A stretch of DNA of 62,770 nt from a virus (IMGVR_UViG_3300038492_000235:1-62770); one strand, 5' to 3'; positions 48,368 through 56,157 are shown, counted from the stretch's first letter. Notes: generated from the letters alone by a model not told the origin. Numbers and translations are program-made.

Positions 48368-48422
48368 TGAGATAAGAAGTGCAAAGCGGCTTTACCCAGG
48401 GTTCGATTCCCTGCTTATCTCA
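48368..48422 (+). ncRNA. Minimal tRNA-like RNA (acceptor + T arm, ~20-nt connector)
   Basis: GAGAUAAG/CUUAUCUC stacked on CAGGG-UUCGAUU-CCCUG. Confidence 0.7.
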
Positions 48423-48427
48423 AACAT

Positions 48428-48499
48428 GTTCCTGAAGGCAGATGGCGAGCCGCTTGGCTTTCACCCAAGTGTTAGTGGGTTCAATTCCCACCAGGAATA
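48428..48499 (+). tRNA. tRNA-Glu(UUC)
   Basis: Cloverleaf, loop CUUUCAC. Confidence 0.93.
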
Positions 48500-48601
48500 C
48501 AATGTCGTAAGTGAGCCAATACCGGTTAAAGCTTGCTGGGGAAAAGGGCCTTTTGACAACCTAGACAAATTACTGCAACGCCCTTTTTGCAGTAAAATTT
48601 C

Positions 48602-48676
48602 GCCTCAATAGCTCAGTGGATTTAGAGCGGCTGTCTTGTAAACAGCGGGTCGGGGGTTCGAATCCCTCTTGAGGCT
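48602..48676 (+). tRNA. tRNA-Thr(UGU)
   Basis: Cloverleaf, loop CUUGUAA. Confidence 0.95.
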
Positions 48677-48679
48677 CAA

Positions 48680-48827
48680 TGAGCGTGACGGTAAAGGAGA
48701 TGTGGTGCCCTTACACCGTGATCAGCGCTACGCTCGGCACCCAATGGTAACGATTGGTCCGGCTTTAGGGAACGTTCCGAGGTAATTCCCGGCACCCTTA
48801 CAAGGTTCAAATCCTTGCAATCGTTCA
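48680..48827 (+). ncRNA. Enlarged tRNA-like RNA (~148 nt)
   Basis: UGAGCG/CGUUCA ends, T arm CAAGG-UUCAAAU-CCUUG, several internal stems. Confidence 0.6.
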
Positions 48828-48829
48828 AC

Positions 48830-48902
48830 GCCTTAGTAGCTCAACGGACAAGAGCGTCTGGCTTCCACCCAGGGGATAAGGGTTCGATTCCCTTCTAAGG
48901 CT
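48830..48902 (+). tRNA. tRNA-Gly(UCC)
   Basis: Cloverleaf, loop CUUCCAC, U73. Confidence 0.93.
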
Positions 48903-48912
48903 CAAATAACAT

Positions 48913-48987
48913 AGGCCCATAGCTCAGTCTGGTCAGAGTAGGGGACTCCAAATCCCTTTGTCGAGGGTTCGAATCCTTCTGGGTCTG
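48913..48987 (+). tRNA. tRNA-Trp(CCA)
   Basis: Cloverleaf, G73. Confidence 0.95.
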
Positions 48988-48992
48988 CAAAT

Positions 48993-49083
48993 GCGTCTGA
49001 GGCATACTGTTGGTTCTGTAGCGGCAGGCTGTAAACCTGTTCCCTTCGGGTGAAGATCGTTGGTTCGATTCCAACCGGGCGCA
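48993..49083 (+). tRNA. tRNA-Tyr(GUA)
   Basis: Loop CUGUAAA, variable arm, unusually long D region. Confidence 0.88.
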
Positions 49084-49102
49084 CAAAGTTTTACCTAAAC
49101 AC

Positions 49103-49175
49103 GCGGTGTTAGCATAGCGGATTATGCACCACCCTGTCACGGTGGAGGACGCGGGTTCGAGTCCCGTGCATCGCG
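49103..49175 (+). tRNA. tRNA-Asp(GUC)
   Basis: Cloverleaf, G73. Confidence 0.95.
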
Positions 49176-49185
49176 CAAAATGTTC

Positions 49186-49258
49186 TTCCTCGTAGCTCAG
49201 TGGACAGAGCATCGGGTTTCTACCCCGAGTGTCGCGGGTTCGAATCCTGCCGAGGAAA
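49186..49258 (+). tRNA. tRNA-Arg(UCU)
   Basis: Cloverleaf, loop UUUCUAC. Confidence 0.93.
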
Positions 49259-49266
49259 CAAATAAC

Positions 49267-49295
49267 TTGACATTACAATGAGGAAGTATTATATT
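49267..49295 (+). promoter_or_regulatory. Internal promoter in the tRNA cluster
   Basis: TTGACA-N17 (TGAG)-TATATT. Confidence 0.65.
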
Positions 49296-49318
49296 ATGAA
49301 AGAACCTGAGAAGATCAT

Positions 49319-49391
49319 TGCTCCATAGCTCAATGGCTAGAGCATCCGGCTTTTAACCGGGAGGTTCTAGGTTCGAGTCCCAGTGGGGCAA
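49319..49391 (+). tRNA. tRNA-Lys(UUU)
   Basis: Cloverleaf. Confidence 0.93.
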
Positions 49392-49405
49392 CAACTATTT
49401 TATTT

Positions 49406-49480
49406 CAGCCTATGGGCCAGTTGGCCGTGGCCGTCTGGTTTGGGACCAGAAGATCGAAGGTTCGAATCCTTCTAGGCTGA
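49406..49480 (+). tRNA. tRNA-Pro(UGG)
   Basis: Cloverleaf, C1-G72. Confidence 0.95.
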
Positions 49481-49483
49481 CAA

Positions 49484-49600
49484 AAGAGTGCTGCTTTCAA
49501 CATTGCAAGCGGACAAAGGTGAATGGGCATGTAGCTCACACAACGCTGAGTTCCACTTGAAGCTGGAAGCCGTTCTTACTGAGGAGATCGCAGCACTCTT
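49484..49600 (+). ncRNA. Unassigned multi-stem RNA
   Basis: 11-bp perfect terminal stem AAGAGUGCUGC/GCAGCACUCUU plus inner hairpins. Confidence 0.6.
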
Positions 49601-49604
49601 ATAT

Positions 49605-49677
49605 GTGGCTCTAGCTGAGACGGTTTAGCGCCGGAGTGAAGTCCCGGAGCAGGTGGGTTCGATTCCCACGGGTCACA
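49605..49677 (+). tRNA. tRNA-Phe(GAA), atypical anticodon loop
   Basis: Loop GUGAAGU with A31-C39 mismatch. Confidence 0.85.
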
Positions 49678-49764
49678 CAAATACAGGCACGACGGGGATG
49701 CCTATCTGAAAGTGCGTTTAGGCTTTACTCTGATCAAGTATAGGTCAAGTGCTACCCCGGATAT

Positions 49765-49847
49765 GGCGGTATGGTGGAATTGGTATACGCAGTGGTTTTA
49801 GAAACCACCGGGCTAGTCCCATGTAGGTTCGAGTCCTACTACCGCTA
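49765..49847 (+). tRNA. tRNA-Leu(UAG)
   Basis: Class II cloverleaf. Confidence 0.95.
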
Positions 49848-49859
49848 CAATAAGCGCCT

Positions 49860-49942
49860 GGGAACGTGATGGAACTGGTATACATAGCAGACTTAAAATC
49901 TGTGGGCCCTGTGCCGTGCGGGTTCGAGTCCCGCCGTTCCTA
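49860..49942 (+). tRNA. tRNA-Leu(UAA)
   Basis: Class II cloverleaf. Confidence 0.95.
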
Positions 49943-49951
49943 CTAAAATAT

Positions 49952-50035
49952 AGAGGGTGCCGCGCTATGGTGCGCAAGCGGTCTTGAAAACCGTTGGGGT
50001 CGGAAACGGCAGGGGTTCGAATCCTCCACCCTCTG
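49952..50035 (+). tRNA. tRNA-Ser(UGA)
   Basis: Class II cloverleaf, G73. Confidence 0.9.
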
Positions 50036-50041
50036 CAACAT

Positions 50042-50116
50042 TCCCTTGTAGCTCAGTGGAATTAGAGCAATGCGCTACGAACGCATGTGTCGGGAGTTCG
50101 AATCTCTCCAAGGGAA
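50042..50116 (+). tRNA. tRNA-Arg(ACG)
   Basis: Cloverleaf. Confidence 0.95.
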
Positions 50117-50122
50117 CAAATT

Positions 50123-50374
50123 ATGAATAGAAAACAAAAAGTCTCAGTAAGGCAAGAATTAGGTAAGCTAATTGCCAGCCACAGAAAACTATGTGGTTTG
50201 ACCCAAAAGAAGTTGGCGGAGTTAGTCGGAGAACAACGAGATTACATACGCCAATTAGAAAGAGGTGCAATAAAGCGACCTGATGTTTTTGTCATGCAAC
50301 AATTAGCCAGAAGATTTGGAGTGACAGTTAATCACTTGCTATTAAAAAGTTTGATTAATTCAAGAAATAACTGA
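50123..50374 (+). CDS. XRE-family HTH protein inside the tRNA cluster
   Basis: GLTQKKLAELVG...YIRQLERG; start moved to ATG 50123; its TGA stop is the first 3 nt of the next tRNA. Confidence 0.85.
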   Translation: MNRKQKVSVRQELGKLIASHRKLCGLTQKKLAELVGEQRDYIRQLERGAIKRPDVFVMQQLARRFGVTVNHLLLKSLINSRNN

Positions 50375-50444
50375 CCCATAATTCAGTCGGTAGAATACCC
50401 CGCTCATAACGGGACAGTCGCAGGTTCGAGCCCTGCTGGGTCAA
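50372..50444 (+). tRNA. tRNA(CAU), probably Ile2 (lysidine) rather than Met
   Basis: Acceptor UGACCCA/UGGGUCA identical to this genome's tRNA-Ile(GAU). Confidence 0.85.
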
Positions 50445-50452
50445 CGCAACAT

Positions 50453-50528
50453 TCCTCTGTAGCTTAGTCTGGTTCAAAGCGCTGGCCTTACAAGTCAGAT
50501 ATCGTAGGTTCGAATCCTACCGGGGGAA
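50453..50528 (+). tRNA. tRNA-Val(UAC)
   Basis: Cloverleaf. Confidence 0.95.
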
Positions 50529-50554
50529 CAAGATTATACCATAAAGGATATGCA

Positions 50555-50887
50555 ATGCAAGAATTGGTTTGGTTTTTATCAGGGTTAGGAATATTAGTGT
50601 TTCTTATTGCAATTATATTGAATTGGGACCGCTATAATGCTAAAACCTCAATACCAGCTATTGAAAAAATGGACAGGGTTGAGGAAATCTTGACAGATGG
50701 CAAGGGACTATTTGACTTTTTAGCGGAGCAATCTTGCAACTCACAAGAGCTTATCGTAGGTAGTTGGTGGATACGGCAATTGGAGCACAAAAACATGATT
50801 GACTATATAGACAATTGCCGATTGTTTTTGGGAAAAAGAATAACTTTATCAAGTGAATTGGACGAATACGAAATCCAATTCACTTGA
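50555..50887 (+). CDS. Membrane-anchored hypothetical protein
   Basis: N-terminal TM helix; RBS AAGGA. Confidence 0.6.
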   Translation: MQELVWFLSGLGILVFLIAIILNWDRYNAKTSIPAIEKMDRVEEILTDGKGLFDFLAEQSCNSQELIVGSWWIRQLEHKNMIDYIDNCRLFLGKRITLSSELDEYEIQFT

Positions 50888-50896
50888 TAAGATAAT

Positions 50897-50970
50897 TGAC
50901 CCATAACTCAGTCTGGTAGAGTAGCATCCTGATACGGTGCCGGTCATAGGTTCAAATCCTATTGGGTCAA
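50897..50970 (+). tRNA. tRNA-Ile(GAU)
   Basis: Cloverleaf. Confidence 0.95.
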
Positions 50971-50995
50971 CTAACATTGGTGAATGAACACGTAT

Positions 50996-51070
50996 GGTGA
51001 GTGTAGCTTAGTGGCCGAAAGCACTGCGCTGTGACCGCAGGGAGCGCGGGTTCGAATCCCGTCATTCGCC
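50996..51070 (+). tRNA. tRNA-His(GUG)
   Basis: Cloverleaf with G-1:C73. Confidence 0.95.
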
Positions 51071-51074
51071 CAAC

Positions 51075-51158
51075 GGAAGGTTGGCAGAATTGGTATTGCA
51101 GCGCCCTGCTAAGGCGTAGGCCCTTTGTGGTCTAGGGGTTCGAGTCCCTTACCTTCCG
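51075..51158 (+). tRNA. tRNA-Ser(GCU)
   Basis: Class II cloverleaf. Confidence 0.95.
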
Positions 51159-51166
51159 CAACATAC

Positions 51167-51241
51167 TGCCGGGTGGCGAAATTGGACAAACGCACTTGAT
51201 TTTGAGTCAAGATATTATGGGTTCGAGTCCCATCCCGGTTG
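51167..51241 (+). tRNA. tRNA-Gln(UUG)
   Basis: Cloverleaf, unpaired 1-72, G73. Confidence 0.93.
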
Positions 51242-51325
51242 CAAGATTATTTTTTGATTTAATGCTTGACAATTCGATGAGGATGTATTATACTTATCGA
51301 AACGTTAACGAAAGGACAAATTATC

Positions 51326-51784
51326 ATGAGTAAAGATTTAGCGACTACTGGACAAACATCGCCGGACAATGGTCGGTTTCGACCTGACAGCAGAACAGTT
51401 TATGTTTATCACCATGACGTGGATATTGCCACAGCCCGTGCTGTATATCGTCGTCTGAAAAGCGAGAACATTGCTGCTTTCCTACCCTCAGTTGATATCC
51501 TGGGCGGTATGCCGGAAAATCTAGCCAAGCAATTTGCTATTGACAAATCAGCCTTGGTAGTAATGCTGTTTTCAGCGGAAATGGAGAAACTACCACTTGA
51601 CAAGGCAGCGGTTCACATTGCCACTACTGTAGCAAATTTGCAGGAACATCAGGTATTCGTTATTCCAGTATTAATCAACCATACGGAAATTCCGGCACAG
51701 TTTGGCAAGCCGATCAATTTATCGAGCCCAGGTGGGTTCGAACGGATTCTGAAAAGTATTCGTTTCTTTTTGGGGGTAAGTTAA
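51326..51784 (+). CDS. Stand-alone TIR-like domain protein
   Basis: VYVYH..D...A..V...L......F....I.GG...AI.KS.LVVMLFS...VIPVL pattern; own promoter at 51266. Confidence 0.6.
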   Translation: MSKDLATTGQTSPDNGRFRPDSRTVYVYHHDVDIATARAVYRRLKSENIAAFLPSVDILGGMPENLAKQFAIDKSALVVMLFSAEMEKLPLDKAAVHIATTVANLQEHQVFVIPVLINHTEIPAQFGKPINLSSPGGFERILKSIRFFLGVS

Positions 51785-51785
51785 C

Positions 51786-52250
51786 ATGGCAAGAGTTCAT
51801 ACGCAAACGGCGCGAAAAGATTACCCGGCAGATGGCATTTGCAAAGGGGATGTTTACTACAAATGGACGTTGCGACAAGCCAGGGTTGGTAGGGGTCAGT
51901 TATTTCGAAGCAAAACCTATCCCAAGCCGTGGCAGCTAACACTGTCTCCATTCAAACAGGAGATGCTGAAACTAAACTACGACATTGAATCAATCGGTTT
52001 AGATTCCTTTGATGAATCCTACCTGGAAGAAATTCGCTCTCGGGTAGAAGATTTGATGGGAGAAGTTGAAGAGGCTCTGTATCAATTGCCGGAATCACTT
52101 CAGGATTCTCACATGTTGGCAGAAAGATATGCCGAAATGGAAAATTGGTATTCGGAATTGGAATATATTGATATCGATGATGAAATGGGCGACGATGAAA
52201 AAGAAGATATGTTCCACCAATTCCAAGCCTGCGTTTACGAAGGAGAGTAA
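51786..52250 (+). CDS. Hypothetical protein with acidic C-terminus
   Basis: ARKDYP...KGDVYYKW...SKTYPKPWQLT. Confidence 0.65.
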   Translation: MARVHTQTARKDYPADGICKGDVYYKWTLRQARVGRGQLFRSKTYPKPWQLTLSPFKQEMLKLNYDIESIGLDSFDESYLEEIRSRVEDLMGEVEEALYQLPESLQDSHMLAERYAEMENWYSELEYIDIDDEMGDDEKEDMFHQFQACVYEGE

Positions 52251-52253
52251 TTA

Positions 52254-52682
52254 ATGTTCACGAAAAGAGAAGAAGCAAATTTTCTAAGGGGTCGCGACCG
52301 AAACGCACCGGAAGTCAGAAGAGTTCTATACTGGCAGGGGAAAGAGATGCAGCGAAAAGACGCCTGGGAAAAAGCACGTAAGGCTAAGGGCGGAATGCCG
52401 GAGAATATTGTTAAATGCGATCAGGGCCCAGGAGCTATCCAAAGGCGTATTGTTGCAAAACTTACTGAAAGTGTCGGCGATCAAGTTTATGGATTACCAG
52501 ATACCACGTCAAATGCTATTAGCATTTGTAACAACAATGTTCTTTATGCAGACCGCCATAGCTGTGAAATTATTCGCAAGCATTTCAGCATTGCTAAAAA
52601 CAAACCTCTGTATTTTTTGGGTATGCGAGTCTTTGTAGACAAAACCGTTCCCTATCGGAATTGCTCAATACGAATTGGATAA
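52254..52682 (+). CDS. Hypothetical protein
   Basis: RBS AAGGAG. Confidence 0.55.
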   Translation: MFTKREEANFLRGRDRNAPEVRRVLYWQGKEMQRKDAWEKARKAKGGMPENIVKCDQGPGAIQRRIVAKLTESVGDQVYGLPDTTSNAISICNNNVLYADRHSCEIIRKHFSIAKNKPLYFLGMRVFVDKTVPYRNCSIRIG

Positions 52683-52783
52683 AAGCTGAACGGGAATGCC
52701 GGTTTCAAACAAACAAATCATAAAATCGAAATATGGTTCCCTAACATTACCGGCATTCCCGCAAAGCATTCAGGAGGATTATT

Positions 52784-52951
52784 ATGGCAGGCACAAAAAC
52801 GTTCAGAGTGCAAATTATCGAAGGTGGTGCAGTTCGTAAAACGATTATCGATTATGGCACCAGCAAGACAGCGGTAAAAGCAACATACGTCCTGGCTCCG
52901 GGTCAAAGTATTAAGATTACGGAAATCAAGCCGAAAAAAGAAGAGAAGTAG
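52784..52951 (+). CDS. 55-aa basic protein (not in ORF track)
   Basis: AGGAGG RBS; MAGTKTFRVQII...KPKKEEK. Confidence 0.65.
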   Translation: MAGTKTFRVQIIEGGAVRKTIIDYGTSKTAVKATYVLAPGQSIKITEIKPKKEEK

Positions 52952-53103
52952 TTGCAAACTTTCAACTTATGAATTATATTACACGATGAAAACGAATAGA
53001 TCAAATTGCCTAATGTGTAATGGCGAAGCGCCGATTTGTTTTGAATGTGGTCGCGGCCTATGGCTTTTGGTCGTGTTAATAATCTTTTGTGTATGAGGCG
53101 TCA

Positions 53104-53346
53104 ATGAGCAAATTCCTTACGTTGGTATCGGTCGAATCAAATCACGGCAATGCTGTATGGCACGGCGAAGCTACTGAAGATAATTTCAAATCAATGATGA
53201 AACTGATTGAAAATGGTGGACTCTGCACCTTCAAGGTTAAAGTTAGTGAAAGGCAGCTTGCAGCCGGTCATGCCCCTTTTCCTGAAGACGCAAAGCCCAG
53301 GGCTAGACGCTCTCGTAGGGAAACTGCTACTGACGCAGAAGAATAA
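53104..53346 (+). CDS. Hypothetical protein
   Basis: RBS GAGG before ATG 53104. Confidence 0.55.
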   Translation: MSKFLTLVSVESNHGNAVWHGEATEDNFKSMMKLIENGGLCTFKVKVSERQLAAGHAPFPEDAKPRARRSRRETATDAEE

Positions 53347-53732
53347 ATTTGGCCTGTCCTGCCAATACCCGCAAATCTTCAACTGTTCCATGATTGCGGT
53401 CCTTTCGTATCCCGGTCCTTTTGGGCTGGGATATTTTTTTGAAATATCACTTGACAAATGGATGAGGGTTTATTATATTGCACTTACTGGTTGGAATTAG
53501 GGGATTAATGAAAATCGGTATGGAGTCACTGTAAAGTGACTCCATTTAATTCTCAGAAATGGAGAGGTATTTCGTCTTAAGGGAGCAGTAGTGGATTTTA
53601 TAGCCATAGCAGGAGGCTTAGCAGTCGTTGGGCCCGTATTCGCTTTAGTAATGGCAGCAGCCAAATCAGTGCAGAGACAAGACGAAATTAAATACAAGGA
53701 AATGATAGTTAACGGTTTCCTAGATTACTTGG

Positions 53733-54716
53733 ATGAAGATTATGATAATGTATAGCATACTCGGGACATTTTTCTACCTGCTGGCAATTTACCTTTGGGC
53801 ATTATCAGCCATTTATACCGAAAGGCGTAACGACAGGGCCTATCCCTGGCTTAGGCGCGTTCTCGTGCGTCCGGGCCTCTATCCGTCCATTAACTGGTTT
53901 TCGTTCGCTACAACGGCTATCAGCGGCGTTATTTTTGGCGAAATGATTGTTCAGTATCAAGCCTATTACCTCATCCGACCGATTACCCTGGGATATTTCC
54001 TGGGCTATCCATTATTTTCATGGTTGAACCACTATGGACTGATGAAGTATAAAGACCAGTGGAACTGGCGAAAACTCCGCTGGGAAACGCCCAAACTTTA
54101 CATTGGAACTGTTGCACCTGAATCAATTATATATGACCTTCCTGAAATTCCAGGATTTCCTGAAGATATTACCATCCCCAAATTAGATTGGGGCAAGGAA
54201 TTAGATATTGCCCTGGCTTCAAACAAACCTCCTGTTATTGGATATGACCTTAATGAAAAAATGGCAGAAGAGGTAACGGCTAATTGGCGCGGATGGAGAG
54301 TTGAAAACAAACTACCTCTGTTTCGTGTCGGGGATAAATACGACGCATGCAGCGGAATTAAAGGAACTATTGTTGCCTACGAACCTAACGGCCGTTGGGC
54401 AATGGTTGATACCCAATCTGGATTTGAGCTTATCGAAATTGACCTTGTTGTGCCAGCCGAATTACATGATGTTGATTTAATTTCTTGCGGTGAGTTCAAT
54501 CTTGGAACACTTTGTATTAACATCAAAGGATACAAATACGAATCGGTTATCTATCGCGTAACAAAAGATAGCCCACATAAGCAATCATGCAACCTCTGCG
54601 ATCATTATAACGAAATCTACACACAATCCGATGTGCAATACGGGAAACTAGACGTGATTGCTCTCAGTGCGGCACATTGGAGCAGAATGGCGGAGTTAAT
54701 TGATGCTCTTGAATAA
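53733..54716 (+). CDS. Membrane protein with soluble C-terminal region
   Basis: Three N-terminal hydrophobic segments. Confidence 0.6.
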   Translation: MKIMIMYSILGTFFYLLAIYLWALSAIYTERRNDRAYPWLRRVLVRPGLYPSINWFSFATTAISGVIFGEMIVQYQAYYLIRPITLGYFLGYPLFSWLNHYGLMKYKDQWNWRKLRWETPKLYIGTVAPESIIYDLPEIPGFPEDITIPKLDWGKELDIALASNKPPVIGYDLNEKMAEEVTANWRGWRVENKLPLFRVGDKYDACSGIKGTIVAYEPNGRWAMVDTQSGFELIEIDLVVPAELHDVDLISCGEFNLGTLCINIKGYKYESVIYRVTKDSPHKQSCNLCDHYNEIYTQSDVQYGKLDVIALSAAHWSRMAELIDALE

Positions 54717-55092
54717 ACTTGAAAATCAGGAAGGGCCCAGTCGCTTTAATGTAGTTAGGTATAGTAAAAAGCCCAGGGGATTCGCATGGGTTTTGTGCAG
54801 CGCAAACGGGCATGCTATACTTGAATCTATCAGGCTATACAGCCGAAATGATAATTGCAAAAGGTCTGCTCAGGCATTGAAATATGCCGTGCTTCAAGGC
54901 AGATTCGAAATTGAAACCTTGGGCAAGAAGGGACATTATGTTGCTCTCTACTCTGCGAATGGAAAATCGCTGGGAATTAGTAACGTCTTCAGCCGAAAAG
55001 ATTCAGCCCTTCGAGCAATAAGAAGAATCAAAGCTGCCGTAGGCAGAACTGAAAAATTTACAGAAAAACCATTTACCGAAAGGAAAGAATAA
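54700..55092 (+). CDS. YegP/DUF1508-like tandem-domain protein
   Basis: Two W/Y.L.SANG..I..S..Y/FS......AI repeats. Confidence 0.8.
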   Translation: MMLLNKLENQEGPSRFNVVRYSKKPRGFAWVLCSANGHAILESIRLYSRNDNCKRSAQALKYAVLQGRFEIETLGKKGHYVALYSANGKSLGISNVFSRKDSALRAIRRIKAAVGRTEKFTEKPFTERKE

Positions 55093-55286
55093 TGACAAAG
55101 CAAGAAGCACTGAACAAATTAAAAGCCTCGAAAAACCATGACGAATGGAATCAAACGGTGGATGCAGTAAAAGCCGCTAACAACGGCCAATACCCTGATT
55201 GGTGGTTTCCCGAAGTTATCCAGACAAATCTGGCAAACAAAACTTTTGGTCCGGGTGCCGATGGTATTAAGGTAAGTGCTTTTTAG
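55092..55286 (+). CDS. Hypothetical protein
   Basis: EWN..VD.VK...GQYPDWW motif; coupled. Confidence 0.6.
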   Translation: MTKQEALNKLKASKNHDEWNQTVDAVKAANNGQYPDWWFPEVIQTNLANKTFGPGADGIKVSAF

Positions 55287-55288
55287 CA

Positions 55289-55591
55289 ATGCCGAAATCG
55301 GTTAGCGACGAAATAGCCGAAGTGCTGCATGATCTCGCTAGACATAAAATGGGCATGACCTGTTTTCGAGAGATTACAGGAATTGCCATTGAAGATCCGA
55401 TAAAAGCACTGCAACATGCAGCATTAGAAATGGAGAAAGCAAGAGAAACAATTCACAATTTACGTTCTGCTATATCCTTGGCCGGAGTCCAACGTGGATA
55501 CCGGCCAATGGAGCCTGGGCAGGACCCTATTGAATACCTGAAAGGAAAGTATCATGGGAGAATTCGCATGGATTCAGATACCGATGTTTGA
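55289..55591 (+). CDS. Hypothetical protein
   Basis: Coupled ORF. Confidence 0.5.
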   Translation: MPKSVSDEIAEVLHDLARHKMGMTCFREITGIAIEDPIKALQHAALEMEKARETIHNLRSAISLAGVQRGYRPMEPGQDPIEYLKGKYHGRIRMDSDTDV

Positions 55592-56078
55592 ACCGGTATA
55601 CAGCGGAATGAAAACAATGGGCAGTTTAATATTGCCGGATCATTTATTGCACGAGGAGGCAGTAGAAAAAGAGCCCCACATCACAGTGCTTTATGGGATA
55701 CATCCCGGCAGTGATTCTGAGCCCAGCTACAAATATTTGCAGGGGTTTTCTCAACTTGTTAAAGATCGATTCCCAATTACCGTTCGAGAGCTACAGGTAT
55801 TTGCAAATGCTGATTACGACGTTCTGTCTCTCCGTATGGAATCCCCAAAGCTAATGGCTTGGAACAAAGAATTGGTTAACATCCTGGAATACGACAATCG
55901 GTTAACGCAGACTTACCCGGAATACAAACCTCATGCTACCATTGCAATCCTTAAACCGGGATTTGGTCAATCTTATGTAGAGGGTTTGCGAAACAGATTG
56001 AATGGCGTTACCTTCCAAGCCGAGGGCTCCGAGTATTGTGAGCCGGACAAAGAGAAACGGACTCATTGGTTCTTCTAA
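55554..56078 (+). CDS. 2H phosphoesterase, Acb1/T4 gp57B-like
   Basis: Two HxT motifs: EPHITVLYG and YPEYKPHATIA. Confidence 0.85.
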   Translation: MGEFAWIQIPMFEPVYSGMKTMGSLILPDHLLHEEAVEKEPHITVLYGIHPGSDSEPSYKYLQGFSQLVKDRFPITVRELQVFANADYDVLSLRMESPKLMAWNKELVNILEYDNRLTQTYPEYKPHATIAILKPGFGQSYVEGLRNRLNGVTFQAEGSEYCEPDKEKRTHWFF

Positions 56079-56097
56079 AACTTTTCTAAAATAATGC

Positions 56098-56126
56098 TTG
56101 ACAAAACAGTGAGTGTGTATTATCTT
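56098..56126 (+). promoter_or_regulatory. Repeated early-type promoter
   Basis: TTGACAAAACAGTGAGT...TATCTT. Confidence 0.65.
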
Positions 56127-56157
56127 AACTTAAAAGTTAACGAAATGGAGATTTGAA

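Noticed and set aside
48830-48902. Reading this tRNA as Trp, or 48602 as Tyr, or any tRNA as a suppressor
   Set aside because: Seven-nt loops place UCC (Gly) and UGU (Thr) at 34-36; no CUA/UUA/UCA anticodon seen and ORFs translate normally in the standard code.
47960-49212. ORFs 47960, 48426, 48895, 48902 (also 43907, 44020)
   Set aside because: They overlap clear tRNA or tRNA-like genes.
50979-50986. GGTGAATG copy upstream of tRNA-His able to pair with its 3' acceptor strand
   Set aside because: Only 8 nt; may be a small duplication or chance.
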